This document shows positions 50,848-61,425 of a DNA stretch of 64,000 bases, one piece after another; position 1 is the first letter of the stretch, and each line of letters starts with the position of its first letter. The translations under genes were made by a program, and so were the position numbers. The notes under the pieces were generated by a model. That model did not search any database and had not been told where the DNA came from. It saw only the letters and a program-made list of their open reading frames with translations. Location: positions 56,070 to 120,069 of the forward strand of contig JALVQA010000004.1 of NCBI GenBank assembly GCA_027031495.1, given 5' to 3'. The stretch comes from Candidatus Moraniibacteriota bacterium (GTDB lineage Bacteria; Patescibacteriota; Minisyncoccia; Moranbacterales; GCA-2747515).

Positions 50848-52284
50848 TTACGCGATATCTTTTTTTGAAAAAAAGATTGCGCGAATTTCTTCCATACTAA
50901 TTGCACGTGTAAACCAGAGTGCAACAGCGTATACAGCTATTGAGAGTGCGATAACCGTAAAGATATTGAGTGACATTGTAAAAAAGAGTGTCAATGCCAT
51001 GATACCACTTGCGCCAATAATATGTAATAGCTGTGGGATACGAGGCATGTATCTGATGTGTCGTGCGACAAGAAACATGCTTAGTGCTACAACAAGACCT
51101 TCTGTTGCAAATGACATGCCTGCTGCGGCAATGTAAGAGAAGTGGGGAATGAGGAGCCAGTTGCCCGTGACGTTAAAAAATGCACAAACGGCAAGTGCAC
51201 TCATGAGGTACTTTTGGAGATTGCCAACAAGGAGAAGTGTTGTAAAGAACTGTCCAAGAAAAATGAAAAGAAGCGCGCCGGCGAGAATGCGGAGAACGGT
51301 TGCCGATGCCTCGTAATTAAAATCAGGGCCACCGACGATACGCATAATATCTTCCGCGCGAAACAAAATGCCTGTGACGATGGGAAGGATGATAGCAGAA
51401 AAGACCTTTAGTGTTTTATTCGCAAAATGCGTAAATTGTACACGATTCTGTGTAAGCGTGCGTGAGAGAATAGGAAGCATGAGGCCCATGACCATGGCAG
51501 GGAAGAATATAAGGTTTTCCATGATTTTATATGCCGCACCATAAATACCAACTGCAATGTCATTTTGAAGAAAAGAGAGAAGAATCATGTCAACCTTAAA
51601 GTAAAAGAACGTAATAATGGCGGCGATACCCATCGGAAGAGATTGTGCAAGAAATGTGCGCCAGTACGTCGGATCCCATACGAGGCGGAGTTTTACATAG
51701 CGACGGACGAGAAATGTGATAATGAGAAAGTTAAATCCCATTGCCGCAACAACGCCGGCAACAAGCCATATGAAACCGGCGTCAAAATACATTACGCCGG
51801 CAATCCATGCGACCTGAAGAACCTTGCCAAAAAACTCTGTAATGACAACGAGGTCCATGCGCAGATGTTTTTGAAAAACGCTATTGAGGAGGCCATAACT
51901 GGAAGAAAAAAGAAAGGCAACACCAATAAGAATAATGGCAAAACGTACATCATGCGTATACGGTAAAAACGGCACTACCGTCGCAGCAATAGCAAAAACG
52001 AAAAAAGAGATAATAATGCGCAGTGTGAAAATGCGTTCGATTGTTTCTTGTTCTTCCTCTACTGGTTGTCTGCCGATATCGCGTGCAGTGATATGATAGA
52101 GACCGAAGTCAGCAAATGCGACAAGAAGAGCGAAGAAGGCGAGGACTGTTGCGTATGCACCAAAACCGGCCGTACCAAGATAGCGTGTTACAAGACCAAT
52201 GCCAACGAGTGCAAGTGCCGTTGACGCGACTTTCATTACAACGTTGACAATAACGTTGTAAGCAAGTTGTTTGCCGAGTGCCAT
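50848..52284 (-). CDS. Wzx-type flippase
   Basis: Multi-TM; RYLGTAGFG and VGIYGAAYK. Confidence 0.88.
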   Translation of the reverse strand: MALGKQLAYNVIVNVVMKVASTALALVGIGLVTRYLGTAGFGAYATVLAFFALLVAFADFGLYHITARDIGRQPVEEEQETIERIFTLRIIISFFVFAIAATVVPFLPYTHDVRFAIILIGVAFLFSSSYGLLNSVFQKHLRMDLVVITEFFGKVLQVAWIAGVMYFDAGFIWLVAGVVAAMGFNFLIITFLVRRYVKLRLVWDPTYWRTFLAQSLPMGIAAIITFFYFKVDMILLSFLQNDIAVGIYGAAYKIMENLIFFPAMVMGLMLPILSRTLTQNRVQFTHFANKTLKVFSAIILPIVTGILFRAEDIMRIVGGPDFNYEASATVLRILAGALLFIFLGQFFTTLLLVGNLQKYLMSALAVCAFFNVTGNWLLIPHFSYIAAAGMSFATEGLVVALSMFLVARHIRYMPRIPQLLHIIGASGIMALTLFFTMSLNIFTVIALSIAVYAVALWFTRAISMEEIRAIFFSKKDIA

Positions 52285-52296
52285 ATATTTTGCAAT

Positions 52297-53061
52297 TTAT
52301 GATGCTTTCACCGACTTTTTCGTATGGGTAAGATAGTATTGTTGTACGATCATAAAGAGTGTTGACACAAACCAGTAGAGAGCAAGACCGCCAGGGAAAG
52401 TGAAACCAATAAGAAGCGTCATCACAGGCGCTATGTAGACCATTTGTTTCGTCATAATTTCTGCAAAGTCTTGTATAGCCGGTGCATCGGCGTCTTTTGA
52501 TGGTGTTTTTTTCTCGGCTGATGTGTCTTTTGAGCGCTGTGCCATCATCATTTTCATCTGAAGATACTGTCCAGCCGCTGCAAGAACTGCAAGAAGTGGA
52601 CTTGGTGTGTGTAAGTCAATGATGCCAAGGAGTGTTGGCGTCATTGTTCCCGGATTGTGTATAAAAGGATAGAGGCGTGCGCTATCAACAATCACTTCTG
52701 CGCCCTTCATGCCAAAGAGAATGCGGTAAAAGGCGATAAAGACAATCATTTGAATAATGAGAGGAAGGCAGCCGGAAACAGGGGTTGTGTTGTGTTTTTT
52801 ATAAAGCGCAAGAATCTCTTTTGTTTGCTTTTCTTTGTCATCCTTGTGCTCTTTCTGAATTTTCTTGATTTTTGGTTGCAATTCCTGCATTTTTTTCTGA
52901 CTCTCAATTTGTTTCTTTGAGAGATGAAGCATTGCGAGTTTGATAAGAATGGTTGCAACAATAATTGCAATACCAAAATCATGTGGCGGGATAAATTCGT
53001 AAGCAGCAATGAGAATGTTATAGAGTGGATTAACAACAAATGTATTAAAGAGAGAACCCAT
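52297..53061 (-). CDS. yidC: Membrane insertase YidC
   Basis: FGIAII, MQELQPKIK, GCLPLIIQ and GLALYW. Confidence 0.93.
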   Translation of the reverse strand: MGSLFNTFVVNPLYNILIAAYEFIPPHDFGIAIIVATILIKLAMLHLSKKQIESQKKMQELQPKIKKIQKEHKDDKEKQTKEILALYKKHNTTPVSGCLPLIIQMIVFIAFYRILFGMKGAEVIVDSARLYPFIHNPGTMTPTLLGIIDLHTPSPLLAVLAAAGQYLQMKMMMAQRSKDTSAEKKTPSKDADAPAIQDFAEIMTKQMVYIAPVMTLLIGFTFPGGLALYWFVSTLFMIVQQYYLTHTKKSVKAS

Positions 53062-53136
53062 AGTAATTAGTTACAGTAAATAAGAGATATTAAGCATGTA
53101 TGTATATTACATGACATACATTACAAGTATACACCA

Positions 53137-53487
53137 TCATCTTTTCTTTGCGCGTACATGTGCCTTTGCTATCGTTTTTGCAAGATCAGTGCAAAGTGCA
53201 TCATAGCTAACATTGTTAAGTGTTGTTTTTGGCGTAATAACAATGTGCATAGGTATATGCATCGTATGCATAATGCTCTCAAGAGCACCGTAAATGCGTC
53301 GGCGCAGTCTATTGCGCCTAACGATTGTGCGTGCATGCTTTTTGGGTATAGCACAGCCACAACGCACCTCCTTTATATCTTGTGCAATGAGCACGCGTGC
53401 ACACACAAAAGCGCCGCACGCAGAGGTGCCACGCTTCCATACGGCGTCAAATTGCTTTGTTGAGAGACGATGTTGTCGTGGTAACAT
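53137..53487 (-). CDS. rnpA: RNase P protein component
   Basis: MLPRQHRL...IVRRNRLRRR. Confidence 0.88.
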   Translation of the reverse strand: MLPRQHRLSTKQFDAVWKRGTSACGAFVCARVLIAQDIKEVRCGCAIPKKHARTIVRRNRLRRRIYGALESIMHTMHIPMHIVITPKTTLNNVSYDALCTDLAKTIAKAHVRAKKR

Positions 53488-53500
53488 TTTGACGATGATG

Positions 53501-53641
53501 CTATACAGCAAGTCTCTTGCGCCCCTTCTGACGGCGACGCTTAATAACTGCGCGACCTGCGGCAGTTTTCATGCGCGAAAGAAAGCCATGCACACGCTTT
53601 CTCTTTCGTACTTTCGGTTGGTATGTTCGCTTTGTAGACAT
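53501..53641 (-). CDS. rpmH: 50S ribosomal protein L34
   Basis: Manual translation [46 protein letters not shown]. Confidence 0.95.
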   Translation of the reverse strand: MSTKRTYQPKVRKRKRVHGFLSRMKTAAGRAVIKRRRQKGRKRLAV

Positions 53642-53762
53642 GTCTTTTCGGAAATAATATCTAATCAAAATACCCTAGAAGTGTAGCAGAAAAGGCGGTA
53701 ACTTGTCAAATGCTTATGGGTATGTTATTGAGATTATTGAAGAAGTGGTGTACATTTGATGT

Positions 53763-55220
53763 ATGTACGAAAAGGTTCCGCAAAATGTAAAAGATGTTAT
53801 CAAAACGCTTACCACTGCCGGGCATGAGGCGTTTGTTGTTGGTGGATGTGTGCGTGATATGGTTATTGGTCGTCAGCCAAAGGATTGGGACATTACAACA
53901 AATGCGCGTCCGGAAGAGGTACAGACACTTTTCTCGGATAGTTTTTATGAGAATGATTTTGGTACCGTTGGTGTAAAGGTTACACCGTTTTTGCCGCATG
54001 GAAAAGAAGGGCGCGAACATGATGTTATAGAAGTAACGACATATCGTATAGAGACAACGTACAGTGACAAGCGACGGCCTGATGATGTGGTGTTTGTAGA
54101 CACGATTGAGGAGGATTTGGCGCGTCGTGATTTTACGATAAATGCGATGGCGCTCGGTGAAGACGATGTGCTCCGTGATCCCTTTGGTGGTAGAGAGGAT
54201 ATTCGGCGCAAAAGTATTCGCGCTGTTGGTGATCCGCAACGGCGTTTTGAGGAAGATGCATTGCGCATGATGCGTGCTGTGCGTTTTTGCGCCGAGATTG
54301 GTTTTGATATTGAACAGCGTACAAGGGATGCAATTGTTGCACATGCTGATAGTATTAAGGACATTGCCATTGAGCGTATACGTGATGAATTTTCGCGTAT
54401 TGTGATGAGTTCACATCCGCGACAGGGCATACAATTACTTTCTGACATGCATTTGCTCAAGCACTTCATGCCGGAATTGGAAGAGGGGATTGGTGTGGAG
54501 CAAAATCACCATCATATTTATACCGTGTGGGAGCATAATTTACGTGCTTTGGCGATGTGTCCAAGTGCAAAGCTTTCCGTACGACTTGCCGCACTTTTGC
54601 ATGATGTTGGTAAACCACGTTCAAAGCGCGGTGTTGGTCGCAATTGTACATTCTATAATCATGAATATATTGGTGAGCGCATGGCGCGTAAGATTCTTTC
54701 ACGTATGCGTTACCCTAAAAAAGTTATTGATCATACGGCGCTTCTTGTACGTAATCATATGTTTTACTATAGTGTCGGTGAAGTAACGGAAAGTGCAGTG
54801 CGTCGTGTTATTGCGAAAGTCGGCAAGGAAAATATCAAAGATTTAATTGACGTGCGCATTGGTGATCGTTTGGGTAGTGGCAGTGCGAAGGCAAAACCGT
54901 ATAAACTGCGTCACTTTGAATACATGGTTGAGAAGGTGTCACATGATGCTGTCAATGTCAAAATGCTCAAAATCAACGGCGATATTATGATTAAAGAAAT
55001 GGGCTTTACCCCGGGACCAAAGATTGGTGCGATTCTTGAAACACTTCTTGCAGAAGTTATTGACGATGCATCAAAAAATACGTTACCATACCTGAGGAAG
55101 CGTGCAATGGAGCTTAATGAGGAAGATCTTGATACGCTACGCGCGCGTGCGCGAGAGCGCATTGCGTTGCAACGCAAGGAAGATGAAGCGGCACTCAAAA
55201 AGCGTTACTGGGTAAAGTAA
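53763..55220 (+). CDS. cca: CCA tRNA nucleotidyltransferase with HD domain
   Basis: VGGCVRD, DWD, RRDFTINA, EDALRMMRAVRF and LLHDVGK. Confidence 0.9.
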   Translation: MYEKVPQNVKDVIKTLTTAGHEAFVVGGCVRDMVIGRQPKDWDITTNARPEEVQTLFSDSFYENDFGTVGVKVTPFLPHGKEGREHDVIEVTTYRIETTYSDKRRPDDVVFVDTIEEDLARRDFTINAMALGEDDVLRDPFGGREDIRRKSIRAVGDPQRRFEEDALRMMRAVRFCAEIGFDIEQRTRDAIVAHADSIKDIAIERIRDEFSRIVMSSHPRQGIQLLSDMHLLKHFMPELEEGIGVEQNHHHIYTVWEHNLRALAMCPSAKLSVRLAALLHDVGKPRSKRGVGRNCTFYNHEYIGERMARKILSRMRYPKKVIDHTALLVRNHMFYYSVGEVTESAVRRVIAKVGKENIKDLIDVRIGDRLGSGSAKAKPYKLRHFEYMVEKVSHDAVNVKMLKINGDIMIKEMGFTPGPKIGAILETLLAEVIDDASKNTLPYLRKRAMELNEEDLDTLRARARERIALQRKEDEAALKKRYWVK

Positions 55221-55226
55221 AAAGAT

Positions 55227-55532
55227 ATGCGTTTTACAATACGATTACGAGATAACGTAACTGTTGCATTGCGTCGTGCCGGGTACGCTTTTCAAAAGCA
55301 TGTTGGTAGTGGCGAGATGGCTTTTGTGCGGCCATTAGGGCAGGGCGACTTTCCGCGTTTCCATATCTATGCAAAAGAGAAGGGCTTCAATGAATGTGTT
55401 ATAAACATTCATCTTGATGCGCGACGAGAGACGTACGGTAAGCAGGCAATGCATGGTGGTGAGTACAGCGATGATGGCGCACTTGGGCCGGAGGTGGATC
55501 GTTTGAAAAAACTCTTTGATGTGGTAGAGTAG
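55227..55532 (+). CDS. Hypothetical protein
   Basis: 101-aa ORF co-oriented after cca; FPRFHIY...HLD...HGGEY. Confidence 0.65.
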   Translation: MRFTIRLRDNVTVALRRAGYAFQKHVGSGEMAFVRPLGQGDFPRFHIYAKEKGFNECVINIHLDARRETYGKQAMHGGEYSDDGALGPEVDRLKKLFDVVE

Positions 55533-55565
55533 AAGAGAGCTTATTGACGCTAGGAAATTGAATAT

Positions 55566-55646
55566 GCCGAGGTGGTGAAATGGTAGACACGCCAGTCTTA
55601 GGAACTGGTGCCTTCGGGCGTGGAGGTTCGAGTCCTCTCCTCGGCA
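55566..55646 (+). tRNA. tRNA-Leu(TAG)
   Basis: GCCGAGG acceptor, loop CTTAGGA. Confidence 0.93.
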
Positions 55647-55818
55647 CAGAAATGTATCATGATTACATAAAGAAGGTTTTGCGACCTTCTTTTTTATTGA
55701 TTCTGCATATTTCCTTACGCAAACTTGTGCTTTTAATTTTGTAAGTTGTTTTTTGTGTCATTTAACGGTAGAATGAACAGTAAGGATAATGTGTTGATTT
55801 TAGAAATAAAAATAAAAT

Positions 55819-57348
55819 ATGCTTACTCTATTGCAAAATTTGCTCAAAGTCGTTCTCGCACTTATTGTATTGGTTGCTGCGTATTTTGGCGTGCAACTTG
55901 GTATAGATGATCATCTTTCCAATCAAAATCCAACAACTGCAATTAATGTTAATGTGAGTGACACTGTTGGAGCTGGGGGGAATGGTACTACTCCTGCAAC
56001 ACCGTCACCACCAGCAGGAAATGCTGGTGGCAGTCATTCAGCTGACACATCATTAACTGCTAATAATGGTAATAGCAGTAACAGTAGCGATACAACTGAT
56101 AGTGCGACTAGTGATACAGCTGGCATAGGTAGTATTGGCATAGGTGGTGTTTCACGTGTTGTTATTGGTGATTCTGACGATGATAGCACTGTAGGGAATC
56201 AGTACGTTGATAATAGCGATCATGCAACACCAGAAGTTTTTACTGGTAGTAAGATGATGGTTGGCGGTAATGATGGTACTGTGCGCTACAGTGGCGTTTC
56301 GGCACAGGAGGCTGCGGCAAGTGGTTTTGTTAATGGTGTTTCCAAAAAGAGCATTTGGGATGAGCGGCTTGTACGTCATGTTGCGTCTGCGTACGATGTT
56401 TTTCGCTGGATGAATAAAGTGCAAAACGGCGCTCAAATTAAAGGTGGTGGTTTTGATAGTTGGGAGAATCGTCCAAAAGCAAATGACCCTCTACCGGATC
56501 CGGGTGGATGGACAATGGAGCCATTGGCATATGAGTGGATGATTGATTTTTGTAATCGTGCAAAAGTGGATTGTTGGCTGACGGTACCGGCAGCAACAGC
56601 GGATGATCCGACATTTCCGGAAAAATTTGCAACTCTTGTGAAAAATCAACTTGATCCATCTTTGCATGTATGGGTGGAGTGGGCAAATGAGGCATGGAAT
56701 AGTGGTAACTATGCTGGTGGATGGATTGATGAGAACAAAGGCGGTGACCGTCCCGGGTACACGGCATGCGCAGCGGCGCAGCTGTGGGCCGGCTTTGACA
56801 AGGTTTATGGCAAGGACGATAAACGTGTCGTGCGTGTGTTGGCATGGCAGGCCGGTAATCCTGGCTCTGGGCGCACGCTGTTTGAAAGACTTAATGATCC
56901 ATCATGTAATCCGACAGGTGCAAAGCCGGATGTCTATGCAATTGCGCCATACGTACCAGGTAATCCGGCTGATGCGTCAACATACAATTATGAAAAAATG
57001 AGTGGCGAGCTACATAGTTATGTGGAGGCGGCAATCAGGGAGAATAAGGCGTTGGCTGATGAGCATGGCATTCCACTCGTTACATATGAAGGCGGGCAAC
57101 AATTTTTTGGTAGCCCCGGTGTTGCAACTCTTAATCGCAGTCAAGACATGTATGATTTCTACATCGACTACATGAACACACTTGCGAAAAACGGCATCAG
57201 GTTATTTATGCAATATGTTGGCGTGCCGGAGGAGTATGCAGAAACGGCAGCATATGGTGATTCTGAGGATATTGACAACCCAATGGCATCGCCAAAGTAT
57301 AGAGCGATTATTAATTGGCGTAAGGCGAACGGTATTGCACGCCCATGA
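55819..57348 (+). CDS. Membrane-anchored protein with a Ser/Thr linker and a glycoside-hydrolase-like domain
   Basis: TM and low-complexity linker; FRWMN, YEWMIDFCN, VWVEWANEAWN, AIAPY and VTYEGGQ (clan-A-like NE and E motifs). Confidence 0.7.
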   Translation: MLTLLQNLLKVVLALIVLVAAYFGVQLGIDDHLSNQNPTTAINVNVSDTVGAGGNGTTPATPSPPAGNAGGSHSADTSLTANNGNSSNSSDTTDSATSDTAGIGSIGIGGVSRVVIGDSDDDSTVGNQYVDNSDHATPEVFTGSKMMVGGNDGTVRYSGVSAQEAAASGFVNGVSKKSIWDERLVRHVASAYDVFRWMNKVQNGAQIKGGGFDSWENRPKANDPLPDPGGWTMEPLAYEWMIDFCNRAKVDCWLTVPAATADDPTFPEKFATLVKNQLDPSLHVWVEWANEAWNSGNYAGGWIDENKGGDRPGYTACAAAQLWAGFDKVYGKDDKRVVRVLAWQAGNPGSGRTLFERLNDPSCNPTGAKPDVYAIAPYVPGNPADASTYNYEKMSGELHSYVEAAIRENKALADEHGIPLVTYEGGQQFFGSPGVATLNRSQDMYDFYIDYMNTLAKNGIRLFMQYVGVPEEYAETAAYGDSEDIDNPMASPKYRAIINWRKANGIARP

Positions 57349-57559
57349 TCACCCTAACTTAAGGGGAGCACGCCAAGCAGTTAGCATATTCCTCTCCTTG
57401 CTTTGCTACGGAGAGAGTGGGATTCCCTTCCGGGCCGGGGAGTGCGATGGTCCGCGTGTCGCAAGCTTCACGCGCATCGCCCTCCCTTCGAATCCCACCT
57501 CACAAAAAAGCCAAAGCCCAACAACATCCCATTCAAGGGATGTTGTTGACCTCTGCGTG

Positions 57560-57648
57560 CGGAGAGGGTGGGATTCGAACCCACGGACCCGCGGGTGCAG
57601 GTCAACTGATTTCGAATCAGTCCCGTTCAACCACTCCGGCACCTCTCC
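57560..57648 (-). tRNA. tRNA-Ser(CGA)
   Basis: GGAGAGG acceptor, loop TTCGAAA, long variable arm. Confidence 0.93.
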
Positions 57649-57802
57649 ATAAGAACATACATAACCCATTTTAAACGATTTAGCAAAAAATGTCATTTTT
57701 ACTAATTTTTTGCTGTATTTAGTGTATTGTGTGATCAGATATGTATGCTGAAAGATGCAATTATGGTATACTTACGAGTAGTATAAAGAAAAATCAGATG
57801 AT

Positions 57803-59197
57803 ATGAAAAAGAAATCTCGTTCATTTATTGTTCTTGCAATGATTTTGCTTATTGGTAGCATTCTTTCCGGCTGTGGCGGAGAGAAAAAGTCTCCAATGTA
57901 TGATACAAATTTGGAGATCTGGGGCGTTTTTGATGATTCCGGCGATTATGGTACGATTCTTTCAGCATACCAACAACTAAATCCATTTATAACGAGTGTT
58001 ACATATCGCAAATTTCCGATAGAGGACTATGAGCGTGAGCTTTTGGATGCTTTGGCCGCCGGTAATGGTCCTGATATTTTTATGATTCAAAATTCATGGC
58101 TTCCTGATTATCTTAATAAGATTATACCGGCACCACAAGAATTTATAAATGAAAAGAAATTGCGTGAAACATTTGTAGATGTTGTCGCTGATGATTTTCT
58201 TGTTGATGGCAAGGTTTATGGTGTTCCTTTGTCTGTTGATTCTCTTGCTCTATACTATAATAAAGATTTTTTTAATGCCGCAGGGATCACGCATCCACCG
58301 AAAACATGGGAAGAATTTAGTAGTGATGTGGAAAAGATGACGCAGATTGATCAATTTGGTAATATTGTGCGTGCTGGGGCTGCGATCGGCACAGGTAAAA
58401 ACATAAATCGGAGTGCTGATATTATTACACTCCTCTTCTTGCAGAGTGGTATTGAAATGGTCAGCGAAAGTGAAAAAGAGGCAAACTTTCTTCGTTATGT
58501 GAAGAAGGGTGACGAATATGTTAATGCAGCGGAAAATGCTCTCAAATTCTATACAAATTTTGCATCACCGTCACGCTCTGTCTATACGTGGAATCGACGA
58601 CAACATTATTCACTCGATGCGTTTACAGAAGGAACAGTTGGCATGATGTTTAATTACTCGTGGCATTACAATACAATCAGGCGGAAAAATGAAAAGTTGC
58701 GTTTTGGTGTCGCACCTGTGCCGCAGCTTGATGAAAGTGCGCCACGAAATGTTGCGAACTACTGGGCTTTTGTTGTTTCTAAAAATAAGAAAGCATTTAC
58801 AAGTTCTGGTCGTCAATTACCGGAAAATGTACGCAGACATGAGGCGTGGGAGTTCTTGAAGTACTTAACAATGCGCAATGGTTCTTCTTTTAAGATTGTA
58901 CATGCTCTATCGAAAAAGGCAAAAAAGATGCCACTTTCCATTGATCCTGCAAAAGAGTATCTTGCGCTTACGCACAAACCGGCGGCGCGCCGTGATATTA
59001 TAGAGGAGCAGAAAGATGATCCCGTACTCGGCATTTTTGCGCGCGGTAATCTAATTGCGCGGAGTTGGCATCGCAAAAATGCTGATGCTGTCGATAAGAT
59101 TTTTGTTGATATGATTGAAAATGTAAATCTCGGCAAACAGACGATTGCACAAGCCCTTGAAACGGCACAATCGCGTATTACACAGTTATTGAGATAG
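57803..59197 (+). CDS. Extracellular solute-binding lipoprotein (sugar-type SBP)
   Basis: Lipobox LSGC, GPDIF, LYYNKD and PKTWEEF. Confidence 0.88.
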   Translation: MKKKSRSFIVLAMILLIGSILSGCGGEKKSPMYDTNLEIWGVFDDSGDYGTILSAYQQLNPFITSVTYRKFPIEDYERELLDALAAGNGPDIFMIQNSWLPDYLNKIIPAPQEFINEKKLRETFVDVVADDFLVDGKVYGVPLSVDSLALYYNKDFFNAAGITHPPKTWEEFSSDVEKMTQIDQFGNIVRAGAAIGTGKNINRSADIITLLFLQSGIEMVSESEKEANFLRYVKKGDEYVNAAENALKFYTNFASPSRSVYTWNRRQHYSLDAFTEGTVGMMFNYSWHYNTIRRKNEKLRFGVAPVPQLDESAPRNVANYWAFVVSKNKKAFTSSGRQLPENVRRHEAWEFLKYLTMRNGSSFKIVHALSKKAKKMPLSIDPAKEYLALTHKPAARRDIIEEQKDDPVLGIFARGNLIARSWHRKNADAVDKIFVDMIENVNLGKQTIAQALETAQSRITQLLR

Positions 59198-59249
59198 TTG
59201 CCGTGTAAAAGTGTGAAAATGTCTCAAAATATCTTGTTTATTGTTAAGT

Positions 59250-60356
59250 ATGAATAAATTGTTTGCATTTCTTGTTTCTGGTTTTATGACCATTGCCGTA
59301 GTAGCAGGGTTCTTTAACAGTGTGGCGTATGCCGAAAATTACAATGTGCAGAGTATTATCGGTACATATAAGACTGCGAGCAGTGTTTGCGCTGACGAAT
59401 CAAAAGTTGGTCATCTTGTACCATGCTCGCGACATTGTGATAATCCTGCGACGCCAAATGATGAAACAGAACCATGCAGTGTATGTCATATCATTGTTCT
59501 TGGGCATAATATCGTGCAATACATTCTCTACATAGCCGTTTTTGTTGCACTTGCCGTTATTACATTTGCTGGTGTAATGTACATTGTTTCAGCAGGTGAC
59601 CAAGGTATGATTACGACGGCAAAAGCTGCCCTAAAATATGCGCTCTTTGGTATGGTTTTTATACTTGCGGCATGGGTGATTATTAATACACTTATTACGG
59701 TCCTTTTGAAGCCAAACAAAGCAGGTGGTTCTCTGAAAGGTGGATGGAGTCAGTATTATTGTGAGAGTACTGACACCGGCGCTGGCACAAATCCTGACAC
59801 CGGCGCTGGCACAAATCCTGACACCGGCGCTGGCACAAATCCTGACACCGGCGCTGGCACAAATCCTGATAATAAAAAGCGCCCGGATAGTTGGATACCA
59901 AACCCGGATTCACATAGTGGAGTGATGTATTGCGCTGTTAAGCCATTTGCGAAAAATCCTGATCTTTTTATAGAGATGAACCGACATGAGTGTTACACAG
60001 ATGAGAATCATTGTCGAAATAAATTTAACAGTGTGGAGAATATGGAGAATAATGTCATGTGCATGAAATTTGATGCCAATACACCAAAGGTTAGACCTTA
60101 CAACTCATACAAAGTTTATCTCGATTTCATGGTAAAAGATAGTAAAGGTAGGGATGTGCGTATTTACGTTAACAAATACTATCCGCCATCAGATGATCCA
60201 TTAAATCCACGAAAGCGGTGTTTAGATGGAGTAGAAAAAGAATATGGGGACGCGTTAGATCAATATGGTGACAAAGGCAATCTTACTATCTGTGAGGGTT
60301 CGCTGTGGGCACCAAATGCAGATACTCAAAGGGATGCACAAAATACAACAAGATAG
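59250..60356 (+). CDS. Pilin-like (VirB2/TrbC-type) protein with Cys-rich extensions
   Basis: AGVMYIVSAGD..AK..LFGMVFILAAWVIINT. Confidence 0.75.
   Translation: MNKLFAFLVSGFMTIAVVAGFFNSVAYAENYNVQSIIGTYKTASSVCADESKVGHLVPCSRHCDNPATPNDETEPCSVCHIIVLGHNIVQYILYIAVFVALAVITFAGVMYIVSAGDQGMITTAKAALKYALFGMVFILAAWVIINTLITVLLKPNKAGGSLKGGWSQYYCESTDTGAGTNPDTGAGTNPDTGAGTNPDTGAGTNPDNKKRPDSWIPNPDSHSGVMYCAVKPFAKNPDLFIEMNRHECYTDENHCRNKFNSVENMENNVMCMKFDANTPKVRPYNSYKVYLDFMVKDSKGRDVRIYVNKYYPPSDDPLNPRKRCLDGVEKEYGDALDQYGDKGNLTICEGSLWAPNADTQRDAQNTTR
59770..59865 (+). repeat. 4 x 24-bp perfect tandem repeat encoding DTGAGTNP
   Basis: ctgacaccggcgctggcacaaatc repeated four times. Confidence 0.95.
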
Positions 60357-60451
60357 AGTTGTGCTTTGTGCAAACGGTGTAGTAGTTGTTATAGTTTGTT
60401 TATGTGAGATTGTATGATAAGAAATACTGATCTTTTTAAATAAAAATTTCT

Positions 60452-61042
60452 ATGAAAAAAATACTTTTTACTGTCATGTTATGTCTGTTGGCTCTGCCAG
60501 CTACTAGTGCGATGGCGCAAAAAATTGGCGCAGAGTACGAAAACCCTTTAAAATTTAATACGGCTGATAAATTGATTACGAGTTTTCTTGATGCTATGCA
60601 GTTAACGATTGGCACACTGGCGGTTGTTTTCATTGTTATTGGCGGTATTTTATATATCACATCTGCCGGCGATCAGAATCGCATGACTGCGGCAAAGGGT
60701 GCATTTACTGCTGCAATCATTGGTCTCGCCATCGCTATCGCTGCACCAAGTTTTTTGCGTGAGATTTACAAGATCCTTAATGCAAAGGATGTGCCGGGAA
60801 GTGTTGCCAAATCGCCAACCATTGCTCAAATTGTGACAAATGTGCTGGAGTTTCTCCTTGGTATTGCTGGCACTATTGCTCTCATTGCACTTATTATTGG
60901 CGGTATCATGTATCTTGCTGCTGGTGGTGATGAAAGTCGTCTGGATGCCGGCAAGAAGATATTTACCAATGCGATTATTGGTATTGTTATTATCATGATA
61001 TCGCTCGTTATTGTGCAAACCATTGGCGAATTCTTTGCATAG
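60452..61042 (+). CDS. Pilin-like protein with two tandem pilin domains
   Basis: GGILYITSAGD and GGIMYLAAGGD. Confidence 0.8.
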   Translation: MKKILFTVMLCLLALPATSAMAQKIGAEYENPLKFNTADKLITSFLDAMQLTIGTLAVVFIVIGGILYITSAGDQNRMTAAKGAFTAAIIGLAIAIAAPSFLREIYKILNAKDVPGSVAKSPTIAQIVTNVLEFLLGIAGTIALIALIIGGIMYLAAGGDESRLDAGKKIFTNAIIGIVIIMISLVIVQTIGEFFA

Positions 61043-61054
61043 GTAAGAGGCAGT

Positions 61055-61342
61055 ATGAGTAATCTTTTTCTTTTTCCTATTGCGCATGCCGGTGTTGTTG
61101 CAGATGCAACGCCTATATCCGTTGTACTTGCACGCATGCTTGATGATGTATTGACAATTGCTGGAACAATATGTATACTAGCAATAGTGATCTCTGGTAT
61201 TTTATATTTAGTTTCTGCAAAGACGGGAGATGAACGCCTGCAGGGTGTTGCAAAGAAAGGTTTTGCAGCGTCGGTTGTCGGCGCTGTTATGATTGTCGGG
61301 TCATTGGTTCTTATGCGCACGATTGCACACTTTTTACAGTAA
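61055..61342 (+). CDS. Pilin-like protein
   Basis: SGILYLVSAKTGDE..AKK. Confidence 0.7.
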   Translation: MSNLFLFPIAHAGVVADATPISVVLARMLDDVLTIAGTICILAIVISGILYLVSAKTGDERLQGVAKKGFAASVVGAVMIVGSLVLMRTIAHFLQ

Positions 61343-61425
61343 TGTGCTGTTGAGAATCGCTGTATGTGTGATGTATGCGGGAATGTTATTAGATAATAAG
61401 GAGTAATTCTTTACGTAACATAATT

